From Patescibacteria group bacterium (GTDB lineage Bacteria > Patescibacteriota > Microgenomatia > UBA8517), in the NCBI GenBank assembly GCA_036381415.1, contig DASVCV010000005.1, positions 1 to 60,984 on the forward strand: 60,984 nucleotides of DNA. Reading direction: 5' to 3'. Below, piece after piece: positions 37,373 to 46,294 of this stretch. Below the pieces are notes generated by a model that was not told where the DNA came from, searched no databases, and worked only from the letters and a program-made list of their open reading frames with translations. Position 1 is the stretch's first letter; the number at the start of each line of letters is the position of its first letter. Position numbers and translations under genes: made by a program.

Positions 37373-38246
37373 TAACGAACATATACCTGTCCTTCTAAAA
37401 GAAGCATTGGAAGCATTGCACATTAAAAATCAAGGAAGCTATATAGATGCAACACTCGGAGCTGGGGGACATACAATTGAAATCTGCAAATTGGGTGGAA
37501 AAGTATTAGGAATTGATGCAGACAGCGATATGCTTGAAGTTGCCCGAAAACGCCTTAAAGATGCCTGCCCTGGTGTTTTTACAGCACACGGAAACTTCAG
37601 AAATATATCTAGAATTGCCAGAGAAAATGGATTTAGTGTGGTGGATGGAATTTTGTTTGATCTAGGTATAAGTACACTTCACCTAAAGGATTTTAAACGA
37701 GGATTTTCATTTGGAGAGCCTGACTCAGCACTTGATATGAGGCTAGATGCTAAATATCAAAATGTAACGGGAGCAGATTTACTTAATGTATTAAGAGAAG
37801 ACCAACTGGCAAGACTATTTGGAGAGGCAATGGATTATAAACCTGCTAAGAAATTGGCAGAGGAAGTTGTTAAAGCAAGAGCTATTAAGAGAATAAAGAC
37901 AGTGGAAGACTTCTTAAAAGTTATTGAGAAATTGCCAAAGGTAAATTTTAAAGTAAATCCAGCTACAAAGCCTTTCATGGCTTTAAGAATTGCAGTAAAT
38001 AGCGAACTTGATAGTTTGAAAGAAGGACTTGCTGGTGCTTTTGAGCTTTTAAAGACAAAAGGAAGAATTGCAGTTATTACTTTTCATTCTGGGGAAGACA
38101 AAATAGTTAAGGAAATATTTGGGGAGTGGGAAAAACAGACAAGAGGTAAAGAAGTAACTAAGAAGCCTATTGTTCCTACTAATGAAGAGATTGAGTTGAA
38201 CAAAAAGGCAAGAAGTGCAAAGTTAAGAGTTTTTGAGAAAAATTAG
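37362..38246 (+). CDS. rsmH: 16S rRNA (cytosine1402-N4)-methyltransferase RsmH
   Basis: HIPVLLKE, DATLGAGGH, DLGISTLHL, ITFHSGEDKIVK. Confidence 0.92.
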   Translation: MENNNEHIPVLLKEALEALHIKNQGSYIDATLGAGGHTIEICKLGGKVLGIDADSDMLEVARKRLKDACPGVFTAHGNFRNISRIARENGFSVVDGILFDLGISTLHLKDFKRGFSFGEPDSALDMRLDAKYQNVTGADLLNVLREDQLARLFGEAMDYKPAKKLAEEVVKARAIKRIKTVEDFLKVIEKLPKVNFKVNPATKPFMALRIAVNSELDSLKEGLAGAFELLKTKGRIAVITFHSGEDKIVKEIFGEWEKQTRGKEVTKKPIVPTNEEIELNKKARSAKLRVFEKN

Positions 38247-38260
38247 TTTAATTTATAAGG

Positions 38261-38581
38261 ATGAAATCAAAAACATTAAACAGTAAAGGATATGGAAAGT
38301 TAATAAAGAGGGTGCCTAAAGTGCTGGCAGTTTGTTTAATTGTTTTTGCACTTGCTACCATTCTTCTTACTATTGAATCTTCAGCTCAGGGAGCAACACT
38401 TACTGCTCTTGAAACAAAGGTAAATCAAATTGAATCCCAAAATCAGGAATTAAGATCAGATTTAGTTGTTTCTACTTCTTTGGCCAAAGTGGGAGAGGAA
38501 GCAAGCAAAATTGGAATGGTAAAGCCAGAAAAGCTTACCTATCTAAGTAATGAAAAGCCGGTTGCTAATAAAATTCCTTGA
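38261..38581 (+). CDS. ftsL: FtsL-like bitopic cell-division protein
   Basis: One TM plus a coiled-coil segment (LETKVNQIESQNQELRSDL). Position between rsmH and ftsI. Confidence 0.5.
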   Translation: MKSKTLNSKGYGKLIKRVPKVLAVCLIVFALATILLTIESSAQGATLTALETKVNQIESQNQELRSDLVVSTSLAKVGEEASKIGMVKPEKLTYLSNEKPVANKIP

Positions 38582-38583
38582 TA

Positions 38584-40320
38584 ATGACAATGGCAACTCG
38601 AGTTAGAATAGTAAGTGTTTTGTTTTTGGTTGGAAGTATAGCCTTAGTAATAAGGCTTTTTTATTGGCAAGCAATTAGAGCTAGTGAGCTTTCAGATCAG
38701 GCAAGGCTTCAGTATCAATCAGAAGAAAAAGTACTAGCAAAAAGAGGAAGCATTTTGGCATCAGATGGGACTTGGCTTGCTACAAACATTGATTCCTATT
38801 TAGTTTTTATTTCCAAGCCCGATTTAAAAGAAAAATCAAGAACAGTTGCCAACAAGCTCGCTGCTATTTTAGTTGAAAAAAAGGATGGAGAAAGTGCAGG
38901 GGATTATCAAAAGGATTTACTGTCAGAAGCAAGTAGAATTGAAGGATTAATTGAAAATACTAAGTCAGTTTGGATTCCAATTAAACACAAAGTAGAACTT
39001 AATATTAAAAGAAACATAGAGGCATTGGGAATTGCTGGAGTGGGCTTTGATACAGAACCTGTAAGATTTTATCCTGAGGCATCTTCTTCAGCCCAGGTAC
39101 TGGGTTTTGTTGGAAAAGATAATGCAGGAGATGACAAAGGATATTTTGGACTAGAAGGGTATTATGATTTAACTCTTTCTGGAAAACCTGGATATATTAA
39201 CAGGGAATCAAATGCTGCTGGAATTCCAATTCTTTTTGGGAACTCCAAAGAGATTGATCCAGTTGAAGGAGTGGACCTTACAACTCATATTGATAAGACG
39301 GTGCAGATGTATGCTGAAAAAGAACTTGAAAAAGGAATACAGGATTATGGAGCAAAAGGAGGAACGGTAATAATAATGGATCCTAATGATGGATCAGTTT
39401 TAGCAATGGCTTCCTACCCTTATTATGATCCTGGAAAATATTGGGAGTTTACCAGTGATAAATTTAAAAATCCTGCAATTTCAGATGGATTTGAACCAGG
39501 ATCTATTATGAAGCCGTTGGTTGTTGCAGCTGGTCTTGATGCAGGAGCTATAAAGGTTGATACAATCTGTGACATCTGTGATGGACCTGTAAAAGTAGAT
39601 AAATATGAAATTGAGACATGGAACCATGAGTATCATCCCAATTCTTCAATGACTGATATTATAGTTAATTCAGACAATGTTGGTATGACTTTTATAGGAA
39701 GAAAGCTTGGAGCTGATAAATTGTATGACTACTTTAATAAATTTGGATTTGGAGAGACAACCGGAGTAGATCTTCAGGGAGAGGTAAGTCCCCAAATAAG
39801 AAAAAAAGGAACTTGGAATATAGTGGATTTGGCAACTGCTACTTTTGGACAGGGTGTTGCTGTTACTCCAATACAGATGGCAAGAGCAATATGTGCAGTT
39901 GCAAATGGTGGGTATTTAGTTAAACCTCAGGTTGTAGAAAAAATAGGAAAAGGTGATTGGGCAAATGAAGTAAAGCAGGAAAAAGGAGAAAGAGTGATAT
40001 CACAAAAAACTGCAGAAGAAGTAAGAGATATGATGATACAAGCAATTGAAAGAGGGGAATCTAAGTGGGCTGCTCCTAAAGGATTTAAAATAGCTGGAAA
40101 AACTGGAACAGCTCAAATTCCAGTTGCTGGACATTATGATGATAAAAAGACAATTGCTAGCTTTATTGGATTTGCTCCTGCTAACAAACCAAGGTTTGCA
40201 ATGCTTGTGACATTAACTGAGCCTAGTTCTTCTCAATGGGGGTCAGAAACTGCAGCTCCTCTTTGGTTTAATATAGCCAGAGATATTTTTCCTTACCTTG
40301 GAATTCAGCCTGAAAATTAG
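38584..40320 (+). CDS. ftsI: Class B penicillin-binding protein / peptidoglycan D,D-transpeptidase (FtsI-like)
   Basis: SxxK (GSIMKP), SxN (NSDNVG), KTG (GKTGTA). N-terminal TM. ATG 38584 (the track gives TTG 38578). Confidence 0.85.
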   Translation: MTMATRVRIVSVLFLVGSIALVIRLFYWQAIRASELSDQARLQYQSEEKVLAKRGSILASDGTWLATNIDSYLVFISKPDLKEKSRTVANKLAAILVEKKDGESAGDYQKDLLSEASRIEGLIENTKSVWIPIKHKVELNIKRNIEALGIAGVGFDTEPVRFYPEASSSAQVLGFVGKDNAGDDKGYFGLEGYYDLTLSGKPGYINRESNAAGIPILFGNSKEIDPVEGVDLTTHIDKTVQMYAEKELEKGIQDYGAKGGTVIIMDPNDGSVLAMASYPYYDPGKYWEFTSDKFKNPAISDGFEPGSIMKPLVVAAGLDAGAIKVDTICDICDGPVKVDKYEIETWNHEYHPNSSMTDIIVNSDNVGMTFIGRKLGADKLYDYFNKFGFGETTGVDLQGEVSPQIRKKGTWNIVDLATATFGQGVAVTPIQMARAICAVANGGYLVKPQVVEKIGKGDWANEVKQEKGERVISQKTAEEVRDMMIQAIERGESKWAAPKGFKIAGKTGTAQIPVAGHYDDKKTIASFIGFAPANKPRFAMLVTLTEPSSSQWGSETAAPLWFNIARDIFPYLGIQPEN

Positions 40321-40934
40321 TAATTAGGAATTACAATTTCTGTTTTTTCAGGAATTATCTTCTCTGGATCCTTGTCTAAGAAAGTGTTATTTTCAAGAAT
40401 TTTTTTCCAGTAGTTTTCATTTCCAAAGTATCTAATGGACAAAAATTTCAAAGTTTTTTGAGTGTTTGCGTTGTAAACTTTGTATATAAATTTATCTTTT
40501 AACTGCTTAATTGGTTTACCGAATTCGGGTTTAAAGACCATCTCTTTCAAGTTCTTTTTTGTTATATCTCTCATTTCGAAATGTAAGTGGGGATGGGTAC
40601 AATGTTCTCCTGTTTGGCCAGATAATCCAATCAAATCTCCATCTTTTACTGTTTGCCCTAGTTTTACGAGTGCTTTATCAAGGTGAGCATATAAAATTAC
40701 AATATTTCCATACCTTGTGCCAATTACATTACCCATTCCTTCATGGAATTCTCTTCTTACGACAATGCCTGGGTAAGCTGCAAAGATTGTTGTTCCTACA
40801 GGAGTTTTAAAATCGACTCCTGGGTGTTTATTGTCAAAAATGGTATAGAAACTGTTTCGTTTGGGGTTAGCGGTGTTATCTTCACCAAACGGTTGACTAA
40901 TATCTGGGTTTTCAACTGGATACATGAGGTTCAT
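40317..40934 (-). CDS. M23 family metallopeptidase with LysM-like C-terminus, no signal peptide
   Basis: HPGVDF (HxxxD) and HPHLHFE (HxH). C-terminal ...YFGNENYWKKILENN...IVIP resembles LysM. Extended -10 TGATAAAAT (40953-40945, minus strand) lies 10 nt upstream of the ATG. Confidence 0.7.
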   Translation of the reverse strand: MNLMYPVENPDISQPFGEDNTANPKRNSFYTIFDNKHPGVDFKTPVGTTIFAAYPGIVVRREFHEGMGNVIGTRYGNIVILYAHLDKALVKLGQTVKDGDLIGLSGQTGEHCTHPHLHFEMRDITKKNLKEMVFKPEFGKPIKQLKDKFIYKVYNANTQKTLKFLSIRYFGNENYWKKILENNTFLDKDPEKIIPEKTEIVIPNY

Positions 40935-41009
40935 ACTGAGATGTATTTTATCAGATTAAGGTTTTTATTAACGAAACAGTGTCAAAATACTGTTGAGAAT
41001 TGATAGATG

Positions 41010-41018
41010 TGGTAAAAT
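41010..41018 (+). promoter_or_regulatory. Extended -10 TGGTAAAAT upstream of ORF 41035
   Basis: Identical 9-mer to 29999 and 59055. 16 nt to ATG 41035. Confidence 0.35.
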
Positions 41019-41034
41019 ACAAATCTGTCACTAT

Positions 41035-41829
41035 ATGGCTGAGATATATTTCCCAGGAAAAACCATTTCTGAACAGGAATCTCAACTTTGGACGCCTGAG
41101 AGCTATTTAAGAGTGCCTTCAACAGAGAGAAAGAATGGGTTTTACATAAAAGGTAAAGTTGTGGAGAGCGCTCCAATTAATCCCCTGTATTGGACAGACC
41201 AACATTCCCCTTACAATTTTTTTGAGTTTGAAGCTAGTAGTGTGCAGGAAGAATTAGGATACAAATCTGACCAATTAAGACAGGATGCCTGTGGAATTAC
41301 CAGTTTACATATTGTTTTGGGAAGCTTATCAGGAACTTATCAGAGATATTGTCCTACTGTCGGAATGTTAGCTAAGAAAGCTTTATCTTTTCATAGAAAT
41401 GACTTAAAAGATGGGGAAAATGTTGTAAAGAAAGGAAACCCGGTTTTTAATTTAAAAGTTGGTTGGTACCACAATGCATTGATTTATGTTGCGGGGAAAT
41501 TTGGAGTGGATGGGCACAGGTTTCAAGATGCAACATTGGAAGAGGTGTCTGATGAGATGGAAAGATTGAATGATGGTGGCAAGAGGGCTCTTGCTATCGT
41601 TTCTGTAAAAGATTGTTACAGGAATGCAAAGATTTGGAGGGGTGTAAGCCATCTTGTAGTTGTTAATGGTGCTAAACTTAATAGAAAAGGAGAAGTTGTG
41701 GAGTTAAAAGTAACAGATCCAAGCAGCCGTGCTTCAGTTGGAGAACCTATTGAGAAGTGGGTAAGAGTAGATAGAGAACAAAGAAATAACTTTCTAGGTA
41801 AGGCAATTTTTCTATATACTAATAAGTGA
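41035..41829 (+). CDS. Papain-like cysteine peptidase (C39-like) candidate, no signal peptide
   Basis: QDACGITSLHIVLG (Q/C catalytic-type motif) and a later GVSHLVVVNG (His). Start at the first ATG. Confidence 0.4.
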   Translation: MAEIYFPGKTISEQESQLWTPESYLRVPSTERKNGFYIKGKVVESAPINPLYWTDQHSPYNFFEFEASSVQEELGYKSDQLRQDACGITSLHIVLGSLSGTYQRYCPTVGMLAKKALSFHRNDLKDGENVVKKGNPVFNLKVGWYHNALIYVAGKFGVDGHRFQDATLEEVSDEMERLNDGGKRALAIVSVKDCYRNAKIWRGVSHLVVVNGAKLNRKGEVVELKVTDPSSRASVGEPIEKWVRVDREQRNNFLGKAIFLYTNK

Positions 41830-43016
41830 TGGGCAAATTTAATGTTGTAGTTTTATTTGGGGGAAGATCTACTGAACATGAAATTTCTATTATTTCTGCA
41901 ACTCAGGTTTTAAATGCATTAAATAAAGAAAAATATAATGTGATTCCACTTTATATCTCTAAAAAAGGGGAATGGGTTAAAGGGGATACTTCATTTTTTA
42001 AGGCAGAAACTTTTAAGAATTTAGAGAAGGCAGTTGAGAAAAAGAAATTCCAGTTTATTGCTCCAAGTCCTGAGATTAACTATTTAGTTGATAAGCCAGG
42101 AAGCTATAACTTTCTAAAAGGGGTTGTAAAAGAAAAAATTGATATTGTGCTTCCCATATTTCATGGAAGATTTGGAGAAGATGGATCAGTGCAAGGACTT
42201 TTTGAGTTTGCAGGACTAGCCTATGCAGGGTGTAATGTTCAAGCATCTGCAATTGGAATGGATAAAATGGTAAGTAAAAGAGTTGCTCAGGCAATTGGGG
42301 TACCAGTTTTACCAGGCAACTGGATTGGGAAAGTTGAGTGGGCGAAAAGTAGGAGTAAGTCATTGGATATGGTAATGAAAGGACTTAAGTATCCTGTTTT
42401 TGTAAAGCCAGTACATCTTGGGTCTTCCATTGGAGTAACAAGAGCCTCTAATAAAAAAGAACTGGAAAATGCACTAGAAGTTGGTTTTTACTATGATACT
42501 AAGGTTTTGGTGGAGCAGGGATTGGTTAATGCAATGGAGGTAAATATTTCACTTCTAGGAAATAATCCATATGAATTTTCTGCAACAGAAAAACCAGTAG
42601 CATCAAGTGAAGTATTGTCCTTTGAGGATAAATATATATCTAAAGATGATAAACCATCAAAGGGAATGGCTACACTTAAAAGAATAATTCCAGCTCCAAT
42701 TAAAAAAACTACTGAAGATAAAATTAAAGAGTATGCAGACAGATTTTTTGCTGAAATCGGTGGAGAAGGAATTGTTAGAATGGACTTTCTTCTTACAAAA
42801 GATGAAAAGCATATTTATTTAAATGAAATTAATACCATGCCGGGATCATTAGCCTTTTATTTATGGGAAAAGACAGGAGTGACATTTAGTAAGCTTTTGG
42901 ACAAATTAATTGATTTAGGATTGGCAAGAAAAGATGAAGAGAAGAAATTAAACTACACTTTTAAGAGCAATGTACTTGGAGGGTACAGAGGTGGAGTGAA
43001 GGGTAAAAAGTTTTAA
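41826..43016 (+). CDS. ddl: D-alanine--D-alanine ligase
   Basis: VVLFGGRSTEHEISIISA, PIFHGRFGEDGSVQGLFE, ATP-grasp motifs, NEINTMPG. Confidence 0.9.
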   Translation: MMGKFNVVVLFGGRSTEHEISIISATQVLNALNKEKYNVIPLYISKKGEWVKGDTSFFKAETFKNLEKAVEKKKFQFIAPSPEINYLVDKPGSYNFLKGVVKEKIDIVLPIFHGRFGEDGSVQGLFEFAGLAYAGCNVQASAIGMDKMVSKRVAQAIGVPVLPGNWIGKVEWAKSRSKSLDMVMKGLKYPVFVKPVHLGSSIGVTRASNKKELENALEVGFYYDTKVLVEQGLVNAMEVNISLLGNNPYEFSATEKPVASSEVLSFEDKYISKDDKPSKGMATLKRIIPAPIKKTTEDKIKEYADRFFAEIGGEGIVRMDFLLTKDEKHIYLNEINTMPGSLAFYLWEKTGVTFSKLLDKLIDLGLARKDEEKKLNYTFKSNVLGGYRGGVKGKKF

Positions 43017-43020
43017 ATTT

Positions 43021-44412
43021 CTAATAGTTCTGGGTTACATCATTTTCTAGAAATATCCAATCAAATTCTTTTTTAAGCTTATTTATTGTATTAAAGTAAT
43101 CTTCTCTATTATCTTCAATAAATTCTACAATTTTTTCATTGTTTAAACCTTTTGAGAAAGAAACAGTCCTGTTGTTTTTCCCCACCAATACTATTTTGTC
43201 AAAGATATTTTGAGCATATACTCCCAAATCAATATGAGTTTGTTTTTCCATTTCTCCAAGTTCTACTAATCCTGGGGTAACTAGTACTTTTTTACCTTTA
43301 ATGTTTTTTGCAGTGTTTATGGTTTCTCTAAATCCCTGAGGGTTGCTGCTATAAGTATTATTTACAATAACTGCTTTTCCATCAGTTTGAGAAAGAACAA
43401 ATCTATTGTCTACTGGATTTAGGGATTTTATTCTTTCAACTATATAGGAAGGAGACAATCCTAGTTTGTGTGCCATTGAGGAGGCTGCCTCAATATTTTT
43501 TACACTAGCAAAACCAAACAGCTTTGTTTTAACAGAATATTTTTTGGGTCCAAAGAATAAATCGAAGCTAGATCCATTTTTATCAAATTTAATATTTTGT
43601 GCTTTAAGAAATCCAGTTGGATTTGTGATCTTCCTTTTTGTTAGTTCATTTTGGATATTTTCATCATTAAGGTTAAAAACCATATTGGTTTTATCTTTGA
43701 CTGCATCCACTAGTTCAAATTTAGCTTTAATAGTGTTTTCTAAACTTCCAAACCGCTCAAAGTGCTGGGTAGTAATCCCAGTTAGTATTCCGTAGGTGGG
43801 CGGGACCATGTAAGTAAGAGTATTAATCTCACCTATATTGTAAGCTGCCATTTCACAAATAAAGTACTCATGGTTTTTATCTAGTTCAAGATCTACTACT
43901 TTTGCAATTCCAAAGATGGTGTTAAAGCTTTCTGGGGTTTTTAGAACATCAAACTTTGCCTTTAAAATTTGGTAGAGAATTTCTTTGGTTGAACTTTTTC
44001 CAAAACTTCCTGTAATTCCAATTACTTTTAAATTTTTAAAGGAAGTAACCTTCTTTCGAGTGTTTTCTATAGTTTTATTTTTGTTATACATTTCATATGG
44101 TTTTAGAAGGAGCAAAGAAAACAAGAGTGTTATGTAAGGCTGGGTAAGAAGAATTAGAAGTACTATAAAAGATGCTAAGAGTGATTTGGTAATTAGCAGA
44201 GTTAAGAGAGGGAAAGCTAAAGATATAAGTGTAAATAAAACTGCAAGATATTTTACTTTTTGAGTAATAACAAAAGGTTTTTTGCTAGGAACTGATCTTT
44301 TAAAAAAGTTTTTAAGTATCCATTTTAAAAATCTTAAATATTTATATTCTTCTAGCTGAAGGATGGCAAAGTTGAGTTTTATTGGAAAAATTGCTTTTAA
44401 GATTTTTTTCAT
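43021..44412 (-). CDS. murF: Mur ligase, MurF-like (UDP-MurNAc-tripeptide--D-Ala-D-Ala ligase) with N-terminal transmembrane region
   Basis: GITGSFGKSSTKE P-loop, TGITTQHFERFGS, NNTYSSNP, TPGLVELGE. The first ~110 aa carry two hydrophobic helices instead of the usual soluble N-domain. Confidence 0.65.
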   Translation of the reverse strand: MKKILKAIFPIKLNFAILQLEEYKYLRFLKWILKNFFKRSVPSKKPFVITQKVKYLAVLFTLISLAFPLLTLLITKSLLASFIVLLILLTQPYITLLFSLLLLKPYEMYNKNKTIENTRKKVTSFKNLKVIGITGSFGKSSTKEILYQILKAKFDVLKTPESFNTIFGIAKVVDLELDKNHEYFICEMAAYNIGEINTLTYMVPPTYGILTGITTQHFERFGSLENTIKAKFELVDAVKDKTNMVFNLNDENIQNELTKRKITNPTGFLKAQNIKFDKNGSSFDLFFGPKKYSVKTKLFGFASVKNIEAASSMAHKLGLSPSYIVERIKSLNPVDNRFVLSQTDGKAVIVNNTYSSNPQGFRETINTAKNIKGKKVLVTPGLVELGEMEKQTHIDLGVYAQNIFDKIVLVGKNNRTVSFSKGLNNEKIVEFIEDNREDYFNTINKLKKEFDWIFLENDVTQNY

Positions 44413-45146
44413 ATGCTGTCCTTTAAAATTTCTAAGAACTTTTCAGGTTTATCAAACTGAGGATGATGACCAGCATTCCAAACTATTTTTATTCTGGAGT
44501 TTTTTATAAGGGTGTTAAATCTTTTAGCAGAAGATAATGGTACTTCTTTATCCTTGTCCCCCCAGATAATCACTGCTGGGGTCTGAATCTTTTCTAAATC
44601 TTTGGAAATATCCTGAGAAACTATTTTTTTAAAACTTTCTTTAAGATTGCCTGCGTTTCTGTAATCGCTGGAAGCAAGTTTATCAAATATTTTATTTTTT
44701 AAATTTTTAGGCATGAAAAACATTAAAGGTTTAATTATTTTTGAAAGTGCTATTTTTAAACTAGTTAAGGATGATTTTTTATCAACTCCTGAGGCATCTA
44801 TTAAGATAAGCTTTTTGATGTTGGGCATTTGGGAGGTAACTACAGCTAGTGTTTTTCCTCCAAATGAGTGGCCAACAAGAATGGGGTTTTTCAAGTTTAG
44901 CTTTTGAATGAAAGATTTTAAGAAATCTGAGTAGGCATAGGTGTCGAAGGATGTTTCAGGGTGTGAGGATGCACCAAATCCTGGAAGATCAACTGCAACA
45001 ACATAATTATCTTTAGCTAGTTCTTTAGCAGTAGGTATCCAATCATTTAAACTTCTTCCCCAGCCATGAACTATCAGGATATTTTGGTTTTTTGGGCTTC
45101 CAAATACTTCGTAGTTTGTAAGAATACCATCAATTATGGTCTGCAT
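44409..45146 (-). CDS. Alpha/beta-fold hydrolase
   Basis: HGWG oxyanion motif, GHSFGG nucleophile elbow, C-terminal GH. 4-nt overlap with murF. Confidence 0.75.
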   Translation of the reverse strand: MQTIIDGILTNYEVFGSPKNQNILIVHGWGRSLNDWIPTAKELAKDNYVVAVDLPGFGASSHPETSFDTYAYSDFLKSFIQKLNLKNPILVGHSFGGKTLAVVTSQMPNIKKLILIDASGVDKKSSLTSLKIALSKIIKPLMFFMPKNLKNKIFDKLASSDYRNAGNLKESFKKIVSQDISKDLEKIQTPAVIIWGDKDKEVPLSSAKRFNTLIKNSRIKIVWNAGHHPQFDKPEKFLEILKDSI

Positions 45147-45154
45147 ACCCTACT

Positions 45155-45160
45155 ATTATA
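45155..45160 (-). promoter_or_regulatory. -10 box TATAAT (minus strand), 8 nt upstream of ATG 45146
   Basis: Minus strand reads ttgttataTATAATagtagggtATG. Confidence 0.4.
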
Positions 45161-45225
45161 TAACAATTTAATTTTTCACGGTTGTTAGGGAGGTGACAAA
45201 TATCATATAATTTAGAGAATTCTAT

Positions 45226-46278
45226 ATGCCAACGACTAATTTGTTGCCTCTTGCTCTGGGGCTTGTAATATTCTCCTTTCTTATTCATGCAGTTTTGATT
45301 GTTCCTTTTATAGATCTGCTTTATAAATTAAAACTAACTAGGAGGAAAGAGGGCTTAAAAGGCAAGCCTTCTTTATTTGATAAGCTGCATGATAAAAAGG
45401 CGGGTACTCCAACAGGAGGAGGGGTATTAATAGTAGCTTCAGTATCAATTATTTTTGCAATTCTTTTCCCAATAGTTAGCTATATGGGGGTGTTTATTCA
45501 AACTGCACATGGGTTAACCAATGAGCTGTTTGTAATATTTTTTACCTTTATATCATTTGGACTGCTTGGACTACTGGATGATTATGTAAAGATATTTGGA
45601 AAAGGAAGAGCAGGAAACTTGGGGCAAATGTTTGGATTAACTAAAAGAACTAAGTTTGGATTGCAGTGGATATTGGGTTTGGTAGTTGGATTTTGGCTAT
45701 ATAACTATTTAGGCATTAGATTTATTCATATTCCTTTAGTAGATGTAGTTATTAATCTTGGGGTTTGGTATATTCCTTTTGCTGCATTTGTTATTGTATT
45801 TTTTACAAATGCATTTAACTTTACAGACGGCCTAGATGGTCTTGCTTCAGGACTTCTTATGATTTATTTATTTGCATTTGTAATTATTGCAGCGGGGAAT
45901 CTTGATACCCCGCTTTCTTTATTTATTGCACTTTGGCTAGGTGGAGTAATTGCATTTCTTTACTTTAATACCTGGCCGGCCCGTATATTTTTAGGTGATA
46001 CTGGGGCTTTGTCGTTTGGTGCAATGATTGCAGTTATTGGACTTGTGACAGGAAATGTTGCTACTTTGTTTGTTATTGGAGGAATATTTGTGATTGAGGC
46101 ATTTTCTTCTTTAATTCAAATTTTAGGATGGAAATTTTTGCATCGGCCTATTTTTCCCATTGCTCCAATTCACCATGCTTTTCTTGCCATGGGGTGGGAA
46201 GAGCCAAAAATAGTAATGAGGGCATGGCTTGCCGGCATTATGCTTGCTATTTTTGGTCTTTGGCTTGCCAGGATTTAG
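45226..46278 (+). CDS. mraY: Phospho-N-acetylmuramoyl-pentapeptide-transferase
   Basis: LLDDYVKI, NAFNFTDGLDGLA, FLGDTGALSFGA. Possible promoter TTGTTA 45182-45187 with TATAAT 45206-45211. Confidence 0.92.
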   Translation: MPTTNLLPLALGLVIFSFLIHAVLIVPFIDLLYKLKLTRRKEGLKGKPSLFDKLHDKKAGTPTGGGVLIVASVSIIFAILFPIVSYMGVFIQTAHGLTNELFVIFFTFISFGLLGLLDDYVKIFGKGRAGNLGQMFGLTKRTKFGLQWILGLVVGFWLYNYLGIRFIHIPLVDVVINLGVWYIPFAAFVIVFFTNAFNFTDGLDGLASGLLMIYLFAFVIIAAGNLDTPLSLFIALWLGGVIAFLYFNTWPARIFLGDTGALSFGAMIAVIGLVTGNVATLFVIGGIFVIEAFSSLIQILGWKFLHRPIFPIAPIHHAFLAMGWEEPKIVMRAWLAGIMLAIFGLWLARI

Positions 46279-46294
46279 AGGCTACACTATTAAT

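Noticed and set aside
40317-41829. M23 and C39-like genes as a prophage lysis cassette
   Set aside because: No holin, portal, terminase, integrase or other phage genes are nearby. The genes are embedded in conserved dcw context, so a phage origin cannot be supported.
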